From NCBI GenBank assembly GCA_013239625.1, contig MU053881.1, positions 5,105,957 to 5,169,956 on the forward strand: 64,000 nucleotides of DNA. Direction: 5' to 3'. The notes below the pieces were generated by a model. The model was not told the origin of the DNA. It ran no database searches and worked only from the letters and a program-made list of their open reading frames with translations. Origin of the DNA: Lama guanicoe. Its lineage: Eukaryota. Within the stretch, counting starts at the first letter, position 1; each line of letters begins with the position of its first letter. The translations under genes and the position numbers were made by a program. Positions 48,853-62,300 of this stretch are shown here, piece by piece.

Positions 48853-51800
48853 CCTGATGGGGGAGGGGGAGCTAGGAGACTGGGAGGGACAGGGAGAGGA
48901 CCCCTTACTGGGTTTCCCCGGGCATCAGGCTCCCGGCTGCATTACCTACCGTAGTCCCACCCTGGAGGACACAGCATCCTCACTGTACAGCAAACAGGCG
49001 CAGAGTGGCCCCCCACCCCCCACCCCGAGGCAAACCGGGATTGTGCGTTGCTAAGAAAAAGCCCTGCTGCTTTCTGCCGTCTTCCAGCAGTGGGTTTGGG
49101 ATGGAGGCTGGGAGCGAGGTGTGAGGGGAGGCCAACACACCTTTCCGCACACCGGGCTCCGCTGTTCACTGGCAGATTGCATGCACACAGCCTTGTTAAG
49201 AGAACCAAGCTCTCCCCACACACCAGAATACGCCTGTGAGTTCACCAGCATCCCCATTTCACAGGTGGGGCAACAGAGGCTCAGAGGAATGTGCCCACTC
49301 ATACAGCCAACACATATTTATTGTACCCAAAAAAGAACTTAAGCTCCTAAAGAAAGAGAAAGAATCATAATTAATTCTACCTCTCCTGTATAAATGGTGC
49401 CTCGGGGCTGGGGGGAATGGAATGGTTGATAAGGGGAAGTGTCTATTTATAGACTTATACCTGCTTAAAAATGTAGGAGGAATGAGAGAATTAGAGACTC
49501 CTCATTGTGCCTCCATTCATAATGGATGGATTGGGCAGCTACGGCCGCTCACATCACAAGAAGACAGACAGTGTGAACCTCCGGACAGGAGTGCCTGCAG
49601 CACCTGTGAAGTTTTGCCCCAAACTCAAACCTGAATCCAATCAAGCCCCTAAATGTGAACAATCTACAGAAACTACAGAGGACAGAGGAACGTGTTAAGT
49701 GGCACCGTGGAGATGCAGTCAGCCGTCTTCAGATGTGGGAAGCTCTATAGACAAATTGCAAGGAAAGAGAAAGAGAGAGAAACAGAAACAATAAATAAGT
49801 AATTGAATGAATAAATGGAAGGAAATCAACAGAGTACAGGAGACTTGGAGACATATCAACCAATCTCCAGGTGTAGATCTCACTGGGGATTCTGATCTAA
49901 ACAAATTGTGAAATAAACAGACAAAAAAAAAACTCCATACAAATGAAAACCATTTATGGACTAAGAAATCTGAATAGGTCCTTAAGAATTACCTGGCTAG
50001 GGGCTAGTGCTCTATTTCGAACTGACGCCCCAAGACGGGATTCTTGAGGTCAGGCAGCTCTGGGGCTCCTGACTGAGGGTAAAATGGGACCTGCCCCAGG
50101 GTCCTGATTCTGCCCCTGGGCACGCCTGGCAGATAGGCACTCACTGGAGTTTGTGGAAGGAGGGAGGGAGGGAGGTGGAGAGAGAGATCACTTTCTCTCT
50201 TCTGTCCTCTGCACTGGGGGTCATCTTTTTTAAGTGCATGCATCTTGGAGGTAGCCAAGGTCTGGTCTTTTTGTTCTATCTGCCCAGTGTTTAAAATTAG
50301 ACTCTTTGGGCCGGGGCGGCTGCGGTCCTGCTCCCTGGGACATGGTGTAAACAGCAAGCCCCCGTTGCTGAGATGTAGAGCTTGTGCCCACATCCGGGGC
50401 GGCCCATGGGGGTGGCATCCCACCCCTCTGAAACCCAGCAGTGGTCCTTGGGCCCGGATTAGATGGTGGGCATTGGGATGTGAGAACGGCAACCCTTCCT
50501 CTTCTCAGGATGGTCCTTCCATTTTAAATATAGGGAAATGGGGTCGCCAGGAACCTTGCCCAAGGTCAAACAGCAAGTTCTTACTACTAACTCATACACA
50601 TTAGCTTAAAAAATTCTTATTTTAAAATGGTTTGCTTTCATTTTTAATAGGTTAAGTCATGTCCGTGGCAAAAGATTCAAAAATACTTATGGATCTGATC
50701 ACTAATAAGTGATTTCTTTCCACACCTACCCCTAGTCTCCTAATTCTCCACTGCCCGAACTGATATTACCAGTTTCTCATGTGTCCTTCTAGAGATGGTC
50801 TGGCCAGCCTTTCTCAGCAGGGTTTTCCTTAATGGCCTACAGGATCATTGTGTGTAAGGAATTAGCCTCTTTCCTCTGCATCCCAAGTGGTACTAGTTAT
50901 GAACCATCCTGGGGTGAACTGAGAACAGTCCCTTAAGTCATTTTCTGTATTCTGTGTCAGATCCTGACCCCTAGCTGATTAATTAAACAAACTGTTCCAT
51001 ACTTTCTTTTTCCCCTTACGTTATCTCGGAGATGGCATGTTGTCGGTATGCAGGGAGCTGCCTCTCTGTTACAGCTATGTGGTACCCCACGGTATGGATG
51101 CACGTAACTCATTAATCTGCCTCCTCTGATGGGCAGGAGGTGGTTTCCCATCTTTTGCTTCTATATGTGATGCTTTGGTATATATTCTCAAAAACATATG
51201 TGAGGGATCCATGAGATAAACTCCTGGAGGAACAGGACTTTACTGATCTGTGTCAGAGCTGGTCCCAGTCACCAGGCTTCTGGGACAAGGACAAAAAAGT
51301 TTTGCAGCCAGTCTGGGAGGAGCCTGGCCTGGATGTGCAAATGGTCTAGATGTTAGAGGAGGGGAACACGAATTCCAAACATTCAAGGAAAGGAAGGAAC
51401 AGTTATTGTGGGCCTACTACATATTAGGTATCTCCATGTCGCAGCCCTGCGAGGTGGGTTCCCATTTTGCTGCAGCAGCTCAGAAAGGTTAAGCCACTTG
51501 CCCAGGGGCACAAAGTGAGTCAGTGGCAAAACTGGGATTTGAATCCAAGTGAGTCTGAATACAATGCTTGTGCCTTTTCTGCTCCACTACCTGGTGGGCT
51601 GCCAGTGCTTCCAGAATGGCCAAGGATCAGGCTGGCATGTTGCCCACCTCCAGAGGGTACCAACCACACTGTGTACTGGGCATCCTTAGCATTGTGCAGT
51701 GCACAGCCTGTGAGACCACACATGGCAGCCCTGCTCAGACGCCCATGATCTACTCCCAACATGAACAACAAAATCACTAAACACAATTGCTGCCTTTAAG

Positions 51801-54800
51801 AGCATGAAACATCAAGTCAGTTGATTCATGAATTCTTTCTCTTGTGTGTTCATTTAGTTATTAGTGGGTACTAATAACATCAAAATTGAGAGGCTGTTTT
51901 CTGCCTACCATAGGCTCTCAGTCACTGTGATTTGGAGGTACCTTGTGATCAAAGAGGACTGGACTGACACTGTTAAGCTGAGGATTGGGAAGACTTCTTG
52001 GAGGAGGCGGCAGTTGGCTGGACTCTGAAGTATGAGTAGTCAGAGTTTGCCAGGTGAAAGAAGGGTGAAGGGTGAAGAGGGGGCAGCAAGTGAGGAGGAA
52101 GGGCATTTCAGCAGAGGGAGCAGCCAGCAGAAGGCACAGGAATGAAATTAGGAGTACCGGGAGCTTCAAGCTCCGGAGTACAGGGCGTGTGGGAGGAAGG
52201 GAGGAGCAGATAGGCCCTCGGAGAGGATTAAAACCCACAGACACATACACATTGTGTGCCGTGGGCAAAGAAAGGAAACTCAGAGTCCCTGACTTGGGTT
52301 TAATTTCCTGACCTTTGGGTTTGATTCTGCTGTATGACCTTGGGCACGGCCCTCTCCCACTCTGGGCCTCTTGTCTGCGTGTTAGGGGAGGGGAAGGGTC
52401 GTGGTAAAGTCCATCGAGGGGGTCCTTGGTTGGGGCTGTGTGTGCTCAGCCATCCTTAGCAATGCGTCTGCAATTCTTTTACCTTAACCCTCCCTCCTGG
52501 GGTCAGGCCCAACCAGTCAACCCAGGAACTCCCGGGATGTGGACGGGGACATGGTGGGGCCAGGGAAGGACAGGCTGGCTCAGCCGGTCTGGGTACTGGC
52601 TGGGCTGGGTCAGCAGACAGCTGGGAAACTCTTTCTCACCATCTGTGGGGTGGTTCAGCCCACCGCTCACGGCCAGGGGCGGGGGTGGGGCAGGGGGCAG
52701 AGGCAGCCAGAACGAGGAAGCCTGGCCTTGAGTACCCGCTGTGAGCCAGGCCTGTGCCCAGCCATCCGTTCTATTGTCTCATTTAGCTCTCACTGAAACT
52801 GGTGTCTTATTCCCTCTCACAGATGGAGGGAAACCATGGCCCTAGTCTGCACAGGGGAGAAGAGGTTTCAAGTCCATGGCCATCTCCAGAGTCTGGGATC
52901 TTTCTTTTCTTCATCTATTCTATGCCCCCCATTGGTTTAGGTACCTTCCAAGCTCAAGGCAGAGATAATAAGCTGGGAATCTCCTTCAAGTCAGCCTCTT
53001 GCACTTGCTGTCCTAGTTGTTGCCTATTTCAGGCATCCACACCTTTGCTCATGCTGTTCTGTTTGCCGGGAGTGCTCTGTTGCCTCTTTGTCTGCTGGAC
53101 AAACTCCTGTTCATCCATCAAAACCCGGGTTAACCAGCACCTTCTCCTAGAAGTGATCCATTAATTTTCCCTGGACAGAACGAGTCCCTGGCCCCTCTGG
53201 ACTGCCTGTGCGCCTTGTAACTTTCTTCTTGTCTGCCCCCTTCACGGGAGGTTGTAGTATATACAGGCTTGTCTGTCTCACCAGCTGCATGATTAATAAT
53301 CTAAGCGTAGACACTGTTCTTACTTATCTCTGGACTCTCAGCCTTTAATACAGGGCTCATTACATACCAGGTGCTCAGGAAAGCCTGAATTTAACTGAAG
53401 TCTGTTTGAGTTGCAAAACTAGATCATGTTTGTTGACCCTGTACTGTGTACAGCCCTATTCTAAATACTTCTCACATAGGTAGTTCTCACCATGACCTCA
53501 AAAGGATGGGTTGTTATTATCACCACTTCACTGAAGAGGAAACTAAGGCTCAGAGAGGGTAAGTAACCAGCTCAAGATCACACAGCCAATTAGTAGACTA
53601 GACAGGGACTGTTTAATGCTGGAGTCTCCAGTCCTAACTTACACAATGCTATTTCTCAAACAAGCATGAGACGATTTGAACTGGAACTTGGATTAGCTTT
53701 TTTTTTTCTTCTAACAGCCAAGTATTTACTTTAATACGTGTTAGAAAAAAAAGAACTATTGTATCAAACTCGTATTATTTTTGGTGAATTATTCTTCTTA
53801 TCATTTCACTATTCATCTTCAGTCTTAAGCTATATTCACTCGTTCATTTAAAAACCTTTAATAGGTGTGTGTTTATATTAATATGTATTAGGGGAAAAAT
53901 GTAAGTCATGTTTTAAACTCATGACTTTTGGCTGTGATATAATTTCCTTTTTAAAAAATAAATTAGAATAACAACTGATTTAAAGGAAAATTTCAAGTAA
54001 AAACAGTAAAGATACAGAAAAAACATCTACATGATACTAGAATGAGAAAGTATTGCTTGCCTAGGCCCTGCTGCCCTCCTGGAAACAGTGGAAGAGGTAA
54101 GGACAGAGGGAGCCTGACCCTTAAGGAGACTGAAGGTTGTCCTGGCCCCAGCTTTCCCCATATCCACCACCTGTCTATTCCTTTTCTTCCCTCAGCAGCC
54201 AGAGTGACCTTTGGAAAATGTAAGCCACATCCTATCCCTCTCTTGTGCCCCCCTCCAATGGCTTCTCGTTGTATTTAAGAGAAAGCAAACTCTTCCTCAA
54301 GGGGAAAAGGCCCTACATAAGCCAGCCTGTCCCAACCTATTTTCTCTCCTTCCTCACTGGCTGTGAGGTGGGGATCACATCGGCCTCGTTGCTATTACTG
54401 CCTCAGGGCCTTTGCACATGCTGTTTCCTCAGCTTAGATCATTCTTTTTCCAGATCTTCATGCAGATGCCTCTTTCTCAGCCACCTCACCAGAGAAGCTG
54501 CTCCCTGCTGCCCTCCACAATGAGAAGTAGCTCCTCTAAGTACTCACAATCGCCTCACTCTGGTTCATTCATCTGGACAGCACCTCTAACATGATCCAGA
54601 TTTTTTTTTCTCTTTTTAAAAATCATTGTATTTTTCTGTTGTCCCATTAGAGAGCGAACTCTATCTTATCACTGCTGGGTCCCCGGAATTGTGTCTGGCA
54701 CATAGTAGGTGCTCAGTAAATATACGTGTGAGTGAGTGGTGGTTGGGGGCGAGGGTGCTGGAGAATGGGTTTAATTAAGCTCAGGCATCCGCAACTGGGA

Positions 54801-55299
54801 GGCCAGCTTCTCCAGAAACAGCTGAGAGGTTTGAGGTCCTCCAGATGAACAGTCCCGGCAGCTGAAACCAAAAATGCAGATGGGATTACTCACCCTCGGA
54901 GCCTGGTAACACTGGCACCAAAAACACTCCCCATCCAAACACATCACAACACTGCGGGCCCCTGCGTCGCTAGGGCCCCAGGTGGCAGCTGAGGCATTTG
55001 GGAGCTGGCAGCAGCTGAGCAGTGTGGGCACGGGTTGTGGGGGGAGGCCGGAGGGGAGGGTATAGAATGAACTAGGTCAAGGGTCACGGGTAGGGTGGCC
55101 CGGCCTGGGGACAGGCAGTGGCAATGGAGAAGGGGAGGGCTTCTGAGCACAGACCTTGAGAAAAGTCGCCTTGGAGAATGAGTGAGCTCAAAGTTGTTGA
55201 AAAAGAAAAATTGTACTTTTCAACTGAAGCCTATCACTCGGTTGTGAAATCTGTTCCCAAGACACTTTGTCTGCTTGAAAGGGGAAATGCTCTGCTTTC

Positions 55300-55830
55300 T
55301 TTCTTAGTTTTATAACAGCTGTACTGAAATATAATTTGCATGTTGCATAATTCACCCACTAAAAAGGTACAATTCACCGGTTTTCAGTATATTCAGGGTG
55401 GTTCCACCATCACCACTATCCGTTCCCGAACATTTTCATCACCCCGAAAAGAACCCCCTTCCCGTTAGCAGCCACTCCCCATTCCCTCCTCCCCTCCCTT
55501 CAGCAATAGGCAACCACAAATCTACTTTCTGTTTCTAAAAATTTCTCTCTCTGGACACTCAATATAAATGGAATCCCATTGTATGGGCTCCTCTGTGGCT
55601 GGCTTCTTTCACACAGCAGTCTTTCCAGGCTCACCCATGTCATCGGACAGATCAGTACTTCTTCCCTTTTGACGGCCAAGTAATGTTCCATTGTATAGAT
55701 AGACCACACTTTATTTGTTTCCATTTGAGGGGGTGGGTCTGATGAATAATGCTGCCATGAACATTCAATAGGTTTTGTGTGGACATAGGTTTTCATTTCC
55801 CTTGGGTATGTAACTAGGAGTGGAATCTAC
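55300..55830 (-). mobile_element. L1MB-like 3' fragment
   Basis: taattcacccact...accatcaccactatc...gaacattttcatcaccccgaaaagaaccccc...ctaggagtggaat is an L1MB-type 3'UTR; minus-strand ORF 55500..55796 is L1-like. Confidence 0.8.
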
Positions 55831-57139
55831 TTTCTTCTAAAAGGACAAAAATAATCCCCCAAGTCAAAATATATATCGCAAGAGTGGATTTAAAAATGTT
55901 GCTCGTAGCTGTGACAGAACAAGTGACCGTCATGAGCGTGACGGCTACAGCTGAGCCTGGCACATACTAGAAGCTCAGAGAATATTTTTGAATGAATGCT
56001 CAAATGCTTACGCATTCTGGTATCCCCGGCGAAAAGGCGCAGGGATGGAGATGCGGCAAAAAATGGGTCTCTATCCATTCATTCATTCAGTCCATAGAGT
56101 AGCGCAGAGTAGTTCATTCAATGTCATTTGTACGTAATCAACTGTTGAGCGTTCCCTGGACGAAGCTGGAGAAGTCCCTACCCTTGTGTGTGAGGAACAC
56201 GGCCGAGAAGGGAAAACAGACAAGTAAACAGCTCCGTGACACAGGAAGGCGAGTGGGACGCTTGTCTGCCCCCTCTCATCTTTGCTGTTTCCTTTTGGAG
56301 CCAGTGGTGCTTCCCTCAAGATCTCGGCGTGGGGTTCCTCTTGTCCCCAGGGCAGAAGTGGCAGTGGCAAGAGAAGGCTCCATCTTCAGGTGGCGCTTGG
56401 TCTGCCTTCAAGGACTGGTCCGTGGGCACCCCTGCTCCTTTTTGTCCCATATCAAGGACCTACCTTACTCGTTTATGGAGAAAAAAGCATCTTGCGTATT
56501 GCCTTTTTCTGACTGGGGACCGCTGTTCTCCCGAGTTCAGACCAAGCTGTGTGGGTGCCTTGGGTTCAGAGATGAACAAAGATGGTCCCTGTCCTCCTGG
56601 ACCTGCAGCCTGGTGGGCAAGACACAGGGGCCACAAGCAGCCCAGAAGGGTAAGAGGACTCAGACGGGGACACGCGCTGGAGCTGCCCCTCGGACTCCTG
56701 TCAGAATATACAACCTCCCATGTTTTATTACCTTGTCAGGCATATTCTTACAACAGTTCCTGGTACACTTGGAGTTTTAATGTGTATATTTTTTTAAAGA
56801 AGAAATTCATTTGTTCATTCACAAATATTTATTGAGTACCTACTATGTGCCAGGTCCTCAGAACAGCAAAGAGAGAGGTAAAATTTTGCCTTGAATCTTG
56901 AGTGCGTCATAATTGGGCAAGAGAGAAAAAGTGAAATCACAGAGACCCCTGAGTGTGTGCCGTGATGGGGAGGCACAGGAGAGAGATTACTTTTATTCTA
57001 TCTCACATATATTTTCCTCAGTTAGACTATAGTAATATATTCATATATGTGTTATATATTATTTTAGTCATGTATCTTGCATGTATTCTGTTCTCATCTG
57101 GGTTATATGTAATTATATGTATTATTCTTGCTTTTTACT

Positions 57140-57330
57140 TTTTTCCTTGAAATTTAGTTGATTTACAATGTTGTGTTAGTTTCTGGTGTACAGCACAGCG
57201 ATTCAGTTATACATATATATTCTTTTTCATATTCTTTTTCATTATAGGTTATTGCAACATACTGACTGTAGTTCCCCATGCTAGACAGTAGGACCCTGTT
57301 GTTTCTTTTATATATAGTAGTCTGTATCTT
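57140..57330 (-). mobile_element. Artiodactyl-type L1 3' end
   Basis: ttgaaatttagttgatttacaatgttgtgttagtttctggtgtacagcacagcgattcag..., a relative of the 2671/43248 family. Confidence 0.75.
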
Positions 57331-58715
57331 TAAATGTTATATTTTCACTTTTCTTCTCAAAAGATATTTGATATCTTTCTCCAGTACCTTTGGGTTTCAT
57401 CCTTTTAACAATAGAGTCTTTTCTAAAAGATGCTTTTTCTTCGTAATTTTAATGGTGATGCCTTTTTCCATGGAGAACATTTAGAAAATACAGAAGAAAT
57501 AAATACACAAATTAAAATTGCCCTCATGTCACGTCACCTAGAGACCAGAATTGTCTGCCTACTGTGGCCTTATCTTCTAGTCTTTCTTCTCGACTGTATG
57601 CAATGTTCTGTATATTCTTACTAAGACACATGGTATTTGATTTTAACGATACTGATAGAGGTGAGGTGTCTCAGAGGAGGCCCTGATTTTTTTTCCTCTC
57701 TGGGCCACCAGTCACCCTGTCTGGCTACTAAACTGAGGTGCCGGGGGCAGAGCCAGCCAACCCCACGGTGGTGAGGGTTTCTGGGAGGCCCGGGCCCAGG
57801 GCTCTGAGGCTGTGCCCAAGGCTGGGGAGTCGGCCTGGCTCCAGAACCCGTGTCCTTGTTCACCCTGGGGTGGGGGTGGGGGTTGGGGGGAGAGCAGGTG
57901 AATTACTGGGGGTGGGGAGGAGTCAGTTGGCCCCCCTCCCCCAGCAAAAGTTCTAAATAAGGCCCTGGAATGTGCTGTGTCAAGAGACAGCTGAGAATCC
58001 ATGTGGCCCCGTGTCCTCTGCACCCGGCCCCAGAGTGACATGTGTGGGGTGGGGGGACGTTGGAAAGCCAAGACCCACCACCCAACATGTAGCCTCTCTG
58101 AGAAAGGAGCTTATCAGAGAAAAGAAGAGTGCTTGATAGCCATGAAATGTTCAGCCCAGCCTGGAAGTGGAATTCCTACTTCTCTTTATCACGTGGTGGT
58201 GGTCAGGTTTTCATTCGGCCAGAAAAAGAACACCCACGGGAGGTTGGGTGCTGTGAGCAGTCTCACAGAACCCTCCTGATGGTTCTAGGAGGTTTGAGGA
58301 GGTGTCTCTGCCCCCTTTACGGCAAGGCCAAAACTGAGTCTAGGAGAGGTGGGGTGACATGTCTGCGGTTCCGTGGGGTTGAGATGACTCTAAAACGGGC
58401 ATTGTTAATCCGATGCCCTCCATCCCGGGCTGTCCTGGGCCCTGTTTGTGGCTCCCTTCTCTGCATTCTGCAGGGCGAATTTCTCAGCCTCTGGCCCCAC
58501 CTCCCCCTCACTTCCTCCCTCCATCACAGCAAAGGCAGGAAACACAGGCGCCCCGTCTCAGCTTCCCAGCAGCCCCCAGCCCTGGCCTTCACATATAAAT
58601 ATTTATCTAGTGAATTAATAAACAAAGAGAGAGGAGGCCTGTAGATAAAACCAGGCTGGAGCATAATCCCCCATACAGGTTCTCCTGGAGGGTTCTCTGT
58701 GCACAGCTGCAGTGC

Positions 58716-58751
58716 TGTGTGTGCGTGTGCGTGTGTGTGTGCGTGTGTGTG
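58716..58751. repeat. (TG/CG)n alternating purine-pyrimidine repeat
   Basis: Directly visible. Confidence 0.85.
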
Positions 58752-58789
58752 TTTTGGTGGTGGTGATGGGGGGGGTGATAAAAAGAGTC

Positions 58790-59020
58790 AGATAGTGGAG
58801 TGCAGTGGTTTGACATGCAGATGCTGGAGCCAGGCAGCCTGGGTCTGAATCCCAGCTTCTCAGCTGTGTGACCTTGGGCAAGTGACCACCCCTCTCTGTG
58901 CCTGTCTCCTCCTCTGTGAAACAGTGCAGTGGTAAAGATGCAGCCCATACCACCTAATTCATACAATAACACTGGGACGGGGGTCAGCACAGTGCCCGGC
59001 AAGTAGTGAAAGCTTTTAGA
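58790..59020 (+). mobile_element. MIR
   Basis: ctggagccaggcagcctgggtctgaatcccagc...ctgtgtgaccttgggcaagtgacc...ctctgtgcctgtctcctc. Confidence 0.8.
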
Positions 59021-62000
59021 GTGAAACAAAATACTGGGGAAACTGAGTCAAGATTCGGAGATGAAGTCACTTAACAAGGGAGAGGCCACTTGTGCCAGGA
59101 AGCTCCCCAGAGGAGATAATGTCTGGACTGTTCTGGAATTCTGCCTAAAACCCTCCTGTGGTTCCTCTGCTGTCCTCAGAAGCAACCCGGAGAGGGGTTG
59201 TTTATTGTTTCCATGGCTCACAAGGCTCCACGCTGTCTGGAACCCAGACCAACCTCTCGGATTTTGCCCCATGGACCTGCTCAGCCCACATTCTGCTTGC
59301 ATCTTCCCTGCCACGGCCTCGCTGCTCCCCTCTCCGCCCCCGCCGGCAGGGGCTCTGCTCGCAGCCCTGGAGTTGCTTGGGACTTTGTTTTCTCTCTCTT
59401 GTACCATGTATCCCATGCTGTCCCTCCAACCCATATCCTAAAACCAACTGCCTCTCCTGATGCCACCAGCACACACTTCAGAGCCTGACTGTCTCCCACC
59501 TGGACTGTGGCCAGAGCATCCTAGCTGGGTCCCTACATCTGCTTCCACCCTCGGTCCACAGGCAGCCAGAGATCCTTCCAAAACCTGACTCTGATGATGC
59601 CGCCCCTCTGCATTCGGCTCCCAGTCGCTTCCCATCACATGTGGCAGAAAACCCCAGACCCTCACGCAGCTCAGCAAGCCCCAGGCCTGAGGGTCCCGCT
59701 CCCTGCCAGCCTCCTCTGCTCCCACGTGACTCACCTGCTTGAGCCGCACAGGCCTCCTCGCTGTCCCCACTCAGAGCCTGCACACCTGTGTTCCCTCCCC
59801 CGACATGCTTTTTTCCACAAGCTCCCACGGTCACCACCATGTCTCTGCCCAAATTACCACCTCCTAAGGGCTTCCCCGCCCCCATGTGCAGCCCCCCAAC
59901 TCTCCCTCCCACGTGGACACCCTAATCTCCTCTTCACCTCTTTCCTGCCTTCATTTTTCCCCACAGTGGTTATTGTCACCTGAATTACTTTATATTGTAA
60001 TTTTATTTATAAAATGTATAATTTAAAAAATCTATAGTATTGTCTGTCTCTCTAATGCAAAAGCCCTGGCAGAGCATGGATATTTCCTGAAGGAGAGAAG
60101 GCAGGGGAGAAGGGATGCGGGCAGGAAGGAAGGGAGGAAGGAATTAAAGTTCTCTAATCTGATCCGATCCAGCTGGGAGAACGCAGGAAGGAGGGGAGGA
60201 GTCAACCCTGGGTGCTAGGGTATTTGGGGAGATGGCCTGTCTGGCTTGCAGGGCATTGTGGAATATGAGGCTGGGGGAAGACTTTCAGCATCAATATATG
60301 GAGCTTTGAATATCTGGAAATGGAGTTGTGGAACCAAGAAACCGAATTTAGTATTGACCCTCTGAACTCTTCCTTCTCACTGGAAGACAAGCTCGCTTCT
60401 AGAAGGGACAGTGAGGGTCGAGTCCTATAAATCATATTCAAGCCTCGGTCTGAGCAGCTGGGGAGGGTGTGGACGCGGGATCTGGGGCCAAGGAGGAACT
60501 GGCGGCGTCACACCCTCTGGAATGCTGCGGCTGCGATTAACTCGCTCCAGATTTGCACAGTTCCCGTCAGAACATGAAACCAGAGGGAAAAAAACCCATG
60601 AGGCCCAGATTGATCAGCACAGAACTTAGCAACAGCACAACAAGCCGCAGTCAGCCCGCTTCTGCCGGCGAGGTGCTTTCCGCCAGGCCCGGGGCTCGGG
60701 GGCTCGGGCTGGCTCTGCCCCCCTCCACCCCCGGCAGGCCTGCAGGCCCCAAGGTCCACTTGACAGCCAGCAGGGTGGCCGAGCTAGGGCTCAAGCTGGA
60801 AACCACAAGGGCTCCCAGAAATGGCTTAAAATCCTGGCCTTCCCTATGTGCTCCCTGTGGGAAGGAAGCACATGTGAAGGAAGCACTAAGTCATGTCCCC
60901 CACGTCGACCACCTTGGGCACTCTGGTTCACTCTGCTGGTTGATGGGCTTGCCCTGTGCACGCCCTTGCCAGGAGCTGGCAAGGGGATAGGGGGCCTCAG
61001 AGTTTCAGAAACATCCAGAACATCCCAGCCTTTCTCAGTGAGTCACACCCTCCTGTCTTCACCATCACATCTGGGTAGCAAGGAGCTGGGCTGGCTCCTG
61101 ACCCAGTTCCTCAGCCCACCTCCCTCCTCCCAGGTCAGTGTGATTGGATCGTAAATACCTCGAGCATATGGCAAAGTGCAGAAAATCATATTGTGGACAA
61201 GGACCCCTCACTTCTATTTAAGCCTTAATGATTTGTCTTATTTACTTCTGCTATTTCACTTTCTTTCTTAAAAAAAGAAAGAAAAAATAGGCGTGTAAGA
61301 GCTGTGTGAGCACGGCCATGGTGGGTGGCAGTGGAGAGGTGGCCCTGGGCCTGCCTGGGGAGCCAAGCAGATAGCAGACCATCTGTGATGCTAGCAAGAG
61401 GGTGCCTGGCAGACACCTGACCACTGGACTGGCACATAGTAGGTGCTCAGGGAGTAGTGGTTTTCCTGACAATGTTGCATCCCACCACCTGCCACCTGTG
61501 AGGCAGGCAGGCTGCAAATGGGGCTCTCAGTCACTCAGCCAGGAAGGGGACCAGAACTGAGCCTTACTGGAAGCAGAGAAAGAACAGCCACTGGTCCCCA
61601 GTCCTGTCCCTCCCTGGGGGTTCAGAGTGGAGAGGTATCTCCTGGCTAAGTCCCTCCAAGGGGCACTGAGGACACGAACCCACCAGAGAACAGGGGTGTG
61701 AGGGAGATCGCTTGGATTTCCCTAAAGCAGCCATTTGGAGAATTCAAGGCGGGGGCAGGGGCTTCTCCAAGGGTAGGGGTCCCCAGGCTTGCCCCGACGA
61801 CCCGTCTCTTTCCCTCTGCAGGAGCTGCAACCTGCCTGGTTGAACCTGCTCATGGCCTTGCCACAGTGGCAGTGGGTGAGAGCAGACCCCCTGCTGCTGG
61901 AGGTCCACAAGTGGAGTGGGTGAGAGGGTCCAGAGCCCAGGGATGCAGCAACGCTCAAGTCTGTTCACCTGACTCACAGACTTGGACTTAGTGACCGTCA

Positions 62001-62061
62001 CTCAGATCACCAGCACAAAGCGCTCAGCCTGGTGCCTGGAAAACAGCAAGAGCCTTAGACC

Positions 62062-62300
62062 ATCAGGGGTCCATGATCCCTTCTCCCAAATTCTTGGGGC
62101 TGGAGGTTTCAGAAATCTGAGCTTTTCAGGTTTCAAAAAGGGAAATATACCATATATTTACACAACACATCCAGTGAGGGGGGGGTCTTCCTTGAAGGAC
62201 AAACACAATGATGTTTCTATATCAAAGTGTATGAATATGCAAAGTATGTGCAAGTAATAAAGACTATCAATTAACTTCCTATCAGTTGAGGTCATTCTAA
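62062..62300. mobile_element. Tc-Mar/Tigger-type DNA transposon fossil (tentative)
   Basis: ggtccatgatcccttctcccaaattcttggggc...ataaagactat resembles an ancient Tigger-related MITE, by recall only. Confidence 0.4.

Noticed and set aside
56121..56835. Overlapping 219-aa and 199-aa ORFs
   Set aside because: No recognisable homology; flanked by and partly overlapping L2-like sequence; no exon context.
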